Assembly (NCBI RefSeq): GCF_000150275.1
Contig: NW_002060945.1
Span: 3,619,172 to 3,683,171, forward strand
Direction: 5' to 3'
Length of the DNA stretch: 64,000 nt
Source: Trichoplax adhaerens
Lineage: Eukaryota; Animalia; Placozoa
In this document: piece by piece, positions 54,801 through 64,000 of the stretch
How positions within the stretch are numbered: position 1 is the first letter of the stretch
Layout: every line of letters starts with the position of its first letter
Position numbers and translations under genes: made by a program
Notes under the pieces: generated by a model
What the model was told of the DNA's origin: nothing
The model's database searches: none
The model's input: the letters and a program-made list of their open reading frames with translations, nothing else

Positions 54801-57800
54801 GATCTGAACATTAATCACTCTCAAGATTATTGCGCTAAGAGTATACATTAATTTCTAGCGACTGAATAATGTTATAGTTATAGATGAAGAATCTTGGCTA
54901 TTGTGATATACATACCTGAGATGCCGAAGACTGATCACTGTTGTTCAATTTCCACTGGATTATTAGTTCATCTAAGTCCGCTATAAACCTGAGTCGTATT
55001 TTATATATAGCAGAGTTAAAAAATTTTTGAAAACATGCAGTAATAACAAATACAAAACTCTACATCATCAATTTTGCCATTTTGTATTTCATTTAATATA
55101 TTCAGGCTACTATAATGTATTTACAGGCTTTATAATGATTGCAACATTTGGTAATTTAATTGGCATATTTGTAGTATTGGATATATTGTTGAAAGTATAC
55201 CATAATAATAATTACGATATTAACTATTATAAGCTAAACTAAGGCTCATAAGCATCTTCAATCTTTCACCGATAGCTAATATCCTGCATTTTATTTACTC
55301 GTTCATAGCTTAAATTTTGGAGAAAATTCTGTTATTACAACAAAGGCAAGAATGCATTTCCTATGTTAGCATTGTTATATGTCTACTTAAACAGGGCGTT
55401 TAACTAAAATATCTACATCTATTCATTTAAAAATCTAAGAATCTATGGTCACGGCTATGGTTATTCATCGAATACAATTTAAAAATAGCACAAAATCCTT
55501 TTTTACCAGATTGATTGTGGCGTAATGTCAACAACACGTACGATAGTTTTCAAATACTCCAAGACCGTAACTGCAAGTATAAGTGATTATTTTCGCAAAC
55601 TAGTCTGCGCTATAGTAACTCCATAAACTGCAGAAGAACCATAATAGGATAGTTTTGGTTAAATCGTGGGCTGTATACATTATTTTACGGTAGCATATGC
55701 CACAATGTTGTATTAATTAGAGACACGAAGGTATAACAATGAGGGACATTTAAAATCGTCGGATCTAAGACAGTAAGTGAGAATTCAGAATGCAATATTT
55801 ACTAATTTACTTGCCTAAAAAATTCCATGACCTATCAGAACTGAACATTAGCGTATCACTGCTATGTAATACTACTTATCGTACAGTATTAGAGGTGGTT
55901 TGTGTCTCAAATTTTCGTTCCTTGAGGGTATTTTTCTAATGAAACATTGATGAAGACTGAATTCTTTAATTAGGAAACTATCTGATGCAATAGCTAACTA
56001 CTGATGTTACTTTATATTTATTCTGACAATAAGATTCTGTCTGTTCATACACGTGGTATTGCATAAACCTATCATAAATGAAAAGATGGAGTACTTTGGA
56101 ATATTTTGACTATACTGTAGTATAGTCAAGCAATTGAATACTTCAAAGAAATCTTTAGTACGTCGAGTAGACTGTACTGTCGAGCAAAAGCAGAGCCTAC
56201 ACATACCATTACAGTATCAGTATCGTCCCTAACATGTTGTGATTCAAAGTAATCAATTTCTTTATAAGGTAAAGTGATTCGGATTTACTTGCATCATCAT
56301 GGTAGAACCGTTATGACTACATCAAGTTCTTGACCAATCACTGAATCAACTATCATGATCGTTAGCACAACAAATAGATATGATTTGTAAACTAAATAAA
56401 ATATGTGCCTTTTAAATTACGTTACTTATAACTACAATAAATACTCGGAAAGTGTATTCATCAAACTGATCTAACAGCGACAGATAATTATAATGAATGA
56501 CCATAAAGAGCGCTTGCATAATTTTACTATCCGTATCATCGCCTAAACCACAGTATATCATCGTCCATCTCAGACCAGTGAGAAGAATTTTGTCTAGACA
56601 AATTTATTCATTTGCTTATTTACGCAGCTACCATGATTGAGTCTACTGCTCGTTCGTAAGTGTTTCTTTTTTTACGTCATATTACCAAACATAAACTATC
56701 GCTGACTTTCAACGACCAATTCAGTATCTATGTGCACTTATACTGATATATTAAACTCAATAGTATTTTTCGATCGTCCCATAACAACGAAAAAATGTTG
56801 CACACATGTTTCCTTAACACTAAATGAAAATGGGACTAATCGATCCTGAAACTGGATAGTAAGCTAGTAATTATCATATGACTAATTATCTTGTTCAACA
56901 AAGGCTTTTCCGAGAATTTTGGAAGAGACTGTATATGTTCTATAACTATAAAGGGATCGCATTACGGTATCTAGCGTAGCTCAAAATGCGGGTGTTGGCA
57001 AGTACAGTATTATTGAGCGACTGGAATGAATACAGTTGATATTTGCTGATGTTATAGAATTTAACGGGCTAGCACAGTATTTGAACTCTCTTGACTCTAC
57101 AGTAGGGTAAATGTGTTGTAATGAATTCATTAGTATTACTAAAATCTGCTTTATCTGTGTCTATTGTAACTACTTTTCAGGTATTTTGAAGCTTAGATAT
57201 TAATGATCATTACACTATGTGGCACCAAAAAATAGAGAAATTACATCATTACAAATTTCTCTGTCGGTCTTTAGGATGCCCAGTGCAGTACACTTGGCAT
57301 CAAATTGAATTTAATGTGCTACTGATTCCCAATGAGAGCCATGATGAGAGCACTTTACTATTTGCAGTAAGGTGATTGTTGTGTCATGGACTACTAGATG
57401 TACCATCGTATATCTAGTAATGTATGATTGTGCATTCCTATACAGTAGAGTGTACTATCAATCCTCGTACTGTTGATTGCGAGTGGATAAACTCGATTAG
57501 AACTCTATCCCATAAGATGCGAAAGCATTAAAATTGACATCCTTACCTTTCCCAATCAGAGGCAGTGGTATAGTCGACAATTTCTTGCACGTCTGCGGAC
57601 TACAGTAAATCAAAAGAAAATCATGAATCCATCGATCATCAATATGATCGTCCAACATACTGGAGTCAAGTTCAACATACAGTCTAAGATGTACAATAGA
57701 ATCAATATTACAGCAGTGTCATGCCGCTGACTGAAACGACATGTATCTTCTTTCATAACATAACACAAATAACCAACTTTCCGTTTAATATGTCAATGTA

Positions 57801-57849
57801 GCATCATGATATAAAATAGCTCATTCAAACTTACTTCGTCTTCCGCCAT
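48802..57849 (-). CDS. RAB3GAP1: Rab3 GTPase-activating protein catalytic subunit; many exons
   Basis: MAEDE (57835-57849) + SADVQEIVDYTTASDWER + FIADLDELIIQWKL; NDFPSRAHCLTRWYGVKEF; PITQDPTPMTEDMLSEQAEIL; LLSDMEAFKAANPGCILEDFVRWYSPRDW; GHLSTRMRIPGNIW; QKRLFDDTKEAEKV; C-terminus EFILRTQLSRP...PTPQRLY...EFRMAGTFCNDTIFQ*. Confidence 0.97.
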
Positions 57850-57929
57850 TTTCAAAATGACAGCAGTCAGCGCACTACAGAAGGTGTGTGTGTTCAGTCT
57901 GATGTGAGTGAGGTGCTGCTGAGTCTCAT

Positions 57930-58120
57930 GCACAGTACATACACTGTAGTGCTGTGCAGTATGTACTGTAGCATTGTACTGTACTGTACTGTACTGTACT
58001 GTACAGTATGAAAAACTTTCTAATTTTACCATGTTGATAATACAGTACATTGTACTGTATACTGTGGCCTGTTAATATCAACTCAGTACGGTTCAGTATA
58101 CTGTATTGAGTAGACTGTAT
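57930..58120. repeat. TACTG/TACAG pentamer array immediately upstream of the RAB3GAP1 start
   Basis: ttgtactgtactgtactgtactgtactgtacagtatg at ~57975-58010, with flanking single units. Confidence 0.9.
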
Positions 58121-61100
58121 GAAGCTTAGGGTTTCGGTGGCTAGGAAAGTGATTGACTGGACTATGAGTATCTATAGTGACAACAAGAATCGCAAAGAGT
58201 TTCTTTCGTGCATTTCAAATTTTAAACTTGATTGGCGTCGATTTTGCCATTTTTTTTTAATTCATTTTAGACATATCCATTGATATTCAGTGTCTAGTGT
58301 ATCGGTAGAATAGCTTTTACAAAGAATTCTATACAAATGACGAGGCTAGTAGTGTACAACGTCCATGGTATCGGGGAGACAGTTTTCTATATAATGTACT
58401 GTTAATTAAGTAAACACAAACATCTTTATTTATTGTCTCATCAGATACCTATAATTATATATAGAATCATTAACACGTTAACGTTTCAGCTAAAGAGACG
58501 ATAAACCTTCCATAATATTGACTCTACTGCCGATATGATAGAAAGTCGTTGTTACTAGCAGTATCAGACTCGAAGTGATGAGCATAGGGCTTGTATGAAT
58601 GCGAACTATTCATTCTACAAATTAATATATGCAACTTCTCATATATCAAATTAGCGCCAGACTTGAACCCTTCCGGCTCCAGTATCGGCATCAGCATAAA
58701 TGTTATTGTTTGTAAGAAATGTCTCATTCAAGCATATAAATATCGACATTTTCAACTTCAGTATGCAACCATAATCGTTTTTAGCTTTTGCTATCACTAT
58801 CAGTCTTGACTACGTCGTATCATTTTAATACTGATGTGCTATTTAAGAAAGTAAATCTAAATTCAATTCCGATGCATAATGTGAATATACGTATGAAGCT
58901 ACGCGTATAGTGTATGTATAATCGTTTAGCATCAGTATTTCATAGTTATACCGTATTATGAATACTTTTTGCTACATTACGAGTATTTATGTCAGTAGTG
59001 ACGTTCTCATATTAATTTAGGTATATTTAAAAGAAGCGTAGGATAAGATATTTCAAACTTACATTGAAATAAGCCTAAGGGAAATACAACTACAGTATAC
59101 AAATAGAAAAGGACAAGTTTAGATAGGGAATCAATGACATTACGGAATGGCATTACCCTCAAGTGCTATACGATTTTAAGTACTCGGCAAGTTTTATTTT
59201 TCTGCGACCTCTTAATTAATCAGCAGACATTACATTCCTTAAGCTCATTGAAAATTGATATTATGATAAACATTAGAGAGAAAGATGTTCTAAAATTATG
59301 GTACAATTACTTCATTTTAGCATGTTCAGACGAGACCATAACGAGTCTAGTTTTACTATAAAGTATGCGTATCATTATTACTCCGGTAGCAATTTGTAAC
59401 CCAATTTATTCGTGGCTATTATATTAAGACCGCTATCAATGAGATATTTTCAGTATGATAAATTTTATACGTATGTATGTACAGTAAATGCATTTTCCGC
59501 CTAATTTGCTAACATGTATGCTTCATACATCATGACCAACTATAGTGTCAGAATCAGCATGCAGTATTTCACTTTGGTAACAGCTTATACGCGTATACTG
59601 TACATACCGTACACGTATTACTTTATAAAATTCAAAATTTTTACGACTACTAATTAAGTACAGTAGTTGGCATAGACATTATTCTATATCGTACGCGTTG
59701 AGAACGACCCGAAAAGAAACCCCCCAAAATCGAAAACACCCTAATGACTCGTACCTTAACTGAGATTTAAACAGCAGGAAAATATACAGCAACAGCATAC
59801 GTAAAACGGTTAAAAGAGAAGTAATTAAAAATAATGGTAATCTTTTAATGGCATTTAAAATCAGGCTCAAGAGCTTTACACATTGACTATACTCTATTCA
59901 CGGTCGTCTATTCTACTGACTGGCTGGTGCCACTTTGATAACTTAATAGTATACATCTTGCACTACAAGTCGTTCAAATTAAAGTATACCTTTGTGATTG
60001 TCACTGTTAAATGTCAATCTACTAAGAATGTACAAGCAATCGCTGCTTTTTGAGCATTCCTACAAATCACCATTATGTACATACAGTACATTACAATTTT
60101 AAATACTCCGCAGTACAATATGGGATAAACGGATAGTGTAGTAGATATCGACGAACGTCTACTAAACAACGAAACTTTAACTTAATAGAATATCAATTAG
60201 GGCAATTAATTTAAAGGTGTACAGTACTATCTACTTCGTCATTCTGGAATTTATAGTATCGTGAGTAAGTATTTCAAGATGAAATATGACACGGTATTTA
60301 ATTATTAATGGTTAATAACTACCTACTTATCATTGAAACTTCTGTCATATCAACTGATTTAAATTTAATTATTAGATATATTTTGTCCACGTTAGTTCTT
60401 CTTAAAATTTCACTCTACTATAGATTTATTCGTATCAGGCATACTGACTAACACTTTGCTGTTGTACCGATACGATATACTCATGATATCTTAGAATGTA
60501 ACTTCCTGTTTCTATTAAGTAAAAAATTGTATTTGTAAACCATAGGATGTGAGTATGGGAAAATATAAATTAACTTATCGTACTATTAGTATCGACTACA
60601 TCCTCCTAAGAGTTTTAACGTCCTGATTGTTATCTTGGTAAGTTAAAACTTAATTAGCAAGCACATTGCTAACGTTGACATGATCGAATATGAATTCAAT
60701 AGCTACAAGATTCTGTAGAAATCGTAAATAATAATTGTACTTTCTCCGTACTTAGAATGAAATATAATAAATCGTTGTAAATACCGTCAAAAATACATAG
60801 CAATCCGGATCTTAAATATAGAGCATAGTTCACCTCCTACACTCTAAAGATAGTCCTTAAATTATTTTGACGAGGTCATTCACTTGTATTGAAATAATTA
60901 AACGGCGCTATTAATGTTGTCATAAAATATATAAAGGTATCAACGATATTAATATCTTTTAAAACAATAACATCGGTGTACTAGATATAGCAATTATAGC
61001 ATATGGGAATTACTGTATGTAAAGAACAAATATCACAGTCCGTTAAAGATGTTCTTGATCTTACCCCAGCGATATTCATGAAGAAATGCAAATCATCGGC

Positions 61101-64000
61101 ACTTGGATCAATTTGCTGTTTTTTACGCTTATGTAAATTTAGGAATGCTTTAATAGCAATAAATCTCTTATCGTTAACTATACGTTGGAAAGAGTTCGTA
61201 GCAGGAGAAAGCGCAAGTGCTTTTCGAAAATAGTTCATTCTCGATTTTTGCCGTTAAAGGATTGATTTAATGATCTACCATATTTGCTCCGCTGTTCTTC
61301 GTAGAAAAAAATTGCCTATACTAAATAGTTTATTAAATGTTCTGACTTATATTAAACATTGGCAGAAACCAATTATCATCATCATTGTCTTTAATAGTCA
61401 ATATATCGTGGGGGTCTAGAGTACTATACTTTACCATTAATTCCATTGGTATTGTCTATTCATTGTGATTGTCTTCAATTAAATTTTTATTTTTCTCTTC
61501 ATTAACAAAATTTATAGTACCCCTTTTTTATTCGTATTTGTTCCTATGTTAGCTTTTCTCAGTAGAATCTTTCAAATTTGCATCAATAATACAGTAACCT
61601 ACGCAAAGAACTGTGTATTGCGCTATTTTGGTTAATCATGGCCCTAAAAATTAATAATAACAAAAGCCCTAACTTCCTTACGTATAATTTCAAATGAAAT
61701 ATGCTAGAGCAATAAAAAAGTCAACGAAAATCAAAATCTTAAGTATAAAATAGTAATTGTACAACATATATTAAAGTAGTGAAACTTTTCAACCACGCTT
61801 TTGTTTTTAACAGCAAAAGTGAGCAAACGAAAGTCGCAACGTAAATTAAATCACGTTTTTTATTTACTATCATTAATTATAAAATATTCGACAATTTACG
61901 GATATAATAGGATTTAGCACAGTGATCAGTATTAGTTACCATCTTTAATCTAATATAGATTGGTAGAACTTCTTCTGCATTATATTCTTAGTACGTAATA
62001 CAGTTGTAAAAAGTAATTCAGTTCTTATATCGTGGGCTACGGGTATTCATAGAGTCTTAAAACTAAAACTAAAGTAATTGTCCACATCGAAATGATATCG
62101 TGCAGTGTTATACATATAATATATTCTGTTAGAATTATGACTGTGACATCTAATATTTTCACAGTAAAGATACTTTATAGATTTGTAATCGCACGAAGCT
62201 AACTACAGCGAAAATATTTTCCATATCGAAAAAATAACTAATTACGATTACAGTCTATTCTTTCATTAGAAGAAAGTGATATTCAAGGACGATAACTATA
62301 TTTAATTGATTGGATTAATCGTATAAGTAATCTGTGTGGCTGCTGTACTAATAAGATCGAGTAATATGAGTCACGAATAATGTGAAATATCTTCCCGAAA
62401 AGAGCAATATTCGCAAATTCGTAAATGACTCGAAGAGTACGGTGTATATCAGATTCAAGTTATCTTTAATTCAAGATAGTCTATATGTTCTATTTTCAGT
62501 AGTATCTTATCTTGTTACTGATGACGATATCCATCACAGATAATACGATTCAACACCATGCTGAAGGTTATTGCTAGCTGCATATATAAGCCACGTCCTT
62601 ATTATTACCAAAGCTATTTTGTGCTGCTCTTTTTATCTGTATAGCTGCAAGCGCATTTACCCCGCAAATGCAGTTCCTTTCCTCATCCTCAAATCACCAC
62701 TATTGCAGCAATACAATCCTTGTAAGTCAGGACATAGCATTACAATGTAGTGCTTAGCAGTACTCAGTAAAACACAGTATTGTTTCTTATATTCTAAAAT
62801 AGAGCACCTAGGTGAGCATGACTTTGTGCTGAAGACATATAATTTATATAAAACCTTATATTTATAAAACTGCATAAAAGGATAACAAATTATGCCGTGA
62901 TAGCAGATCAAGAAAGCAATGTTTTGACACTATATTTCAAGCAAACACTGACTTACATAACTATAAGTTATTCTATACCATAAGATCAGAGAATTTCTCA
63001 GCGACCTATGCGTAAACATTTTAATGAGCATATGTTTTGATATCTATCCATAATACTAATATATCTTAGCACAGTATGAGTTTAAGCTAATGGTAAAATA
63101 TTTAATTAGCGTGAATGATATACAATATATACGCGTATTTCAAATTTTAGTAGCTCATGCTTAACCAAAAAGTTTCAATGGAAGGTATGAATGTAATTTA
63201 TAAATGTTTAAATAGTGATTTACGAATATGATCGTGTTAGCGGAGGAGCAGGAATTAATTAAGATTCTATTAATTAGTATACAATATCTCATTTCGTACG
63301 GTTTCTGCAGACTACAAGCCTATTGCCGGGAATCGCTCCACGATTAATTATCCGTGATTAGATGGTCGCAAAGCCTACGTTAATGAAATTTAACAAGCTT
63401 TTATGCTCAAAATTATTAATTGCAGCATGCAATTAATAACTAATGCATTGGTATCAAATATGAAAAAAAATTGATCAAATTTGGTTTACATCGACTTTGC
63501 CGTCTCTGCGGTTGATTGAAAAGATCTGCAAGACACCAACCTACTTATGGACTTCTATGAATAGCAAGCCCCATACGATAGTACGCGTAACGGTACAAAG
63601 AAAGAACGGCCTTAAGGTGTCCCGCTGCCTGCTGTGTCGACTGGAGAATAAATAGTATCATCAAATAATTAAAATACTCTATGTCATAATTATACTACAT
63701 AGTATAGTCATAGAGTACCGCACTAAATGTTATACACCATATATTTTTATCGTTAGTCATTAATCAATGTACGGCGCACTTAGTTCTGTACGCAACCGTG
63801 GAGTTACGAATTACTGTACAGTAAATTGTCATAATTAAACAAGAGGCAATAGTATACTTTAAAACAATCTTTCAAAGCCTACATGTTCCCGCTAACAGTG
63901 CATAGGTTATGGACATTAACTACTCGCCTTAATTTTTATTATCAAGTTCATAATAAGGACAATCCCTGGAAATCCAAATGTTCTCTATGCAATATTATTT

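Overview
AT-rich, intron-dense animal genomic DNA. A placozoan (Trichoplax-like) source is inferred from the compact introns, apparent lack of CpG depletion and pervasive TACAG/TACTG pentamers. By manual exon stitching the window holds the 3' end of an unidentified + strand gene (1-258) and seven spliced genes: SPATS2-like (-), PLEKHA8/FAPP2 (+), MPND (-), TPGS1 (-), WAC (+), an MPP2/MPP6-type MAGUK (-) and RAB3GAP1 (-). No gene was recognised in 58.1-64 kb. The most striking non-coding signal is mixed-orientation TA(CAG|CTG)TA pentamer arrays clustered at gene 5' ends. Comparing copies of a triplicated ~360-410 bp unit upstream of MPND shows these pentamers were added in exact 5-bp steps at bare TA dinucleotides. 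That matches iterated Tc1/mariner-type excision footprints better than simple slippage. Other notable items are a frame-essential 7-nt microexon in WAC, a Ser->Thr JAMM motif in MPND, FFAT-like motifs, and a gene set whose human homologues lie largely on Hox-paralogon chromosomes. Exon coordinates were read by eye and may be off by a few bases.
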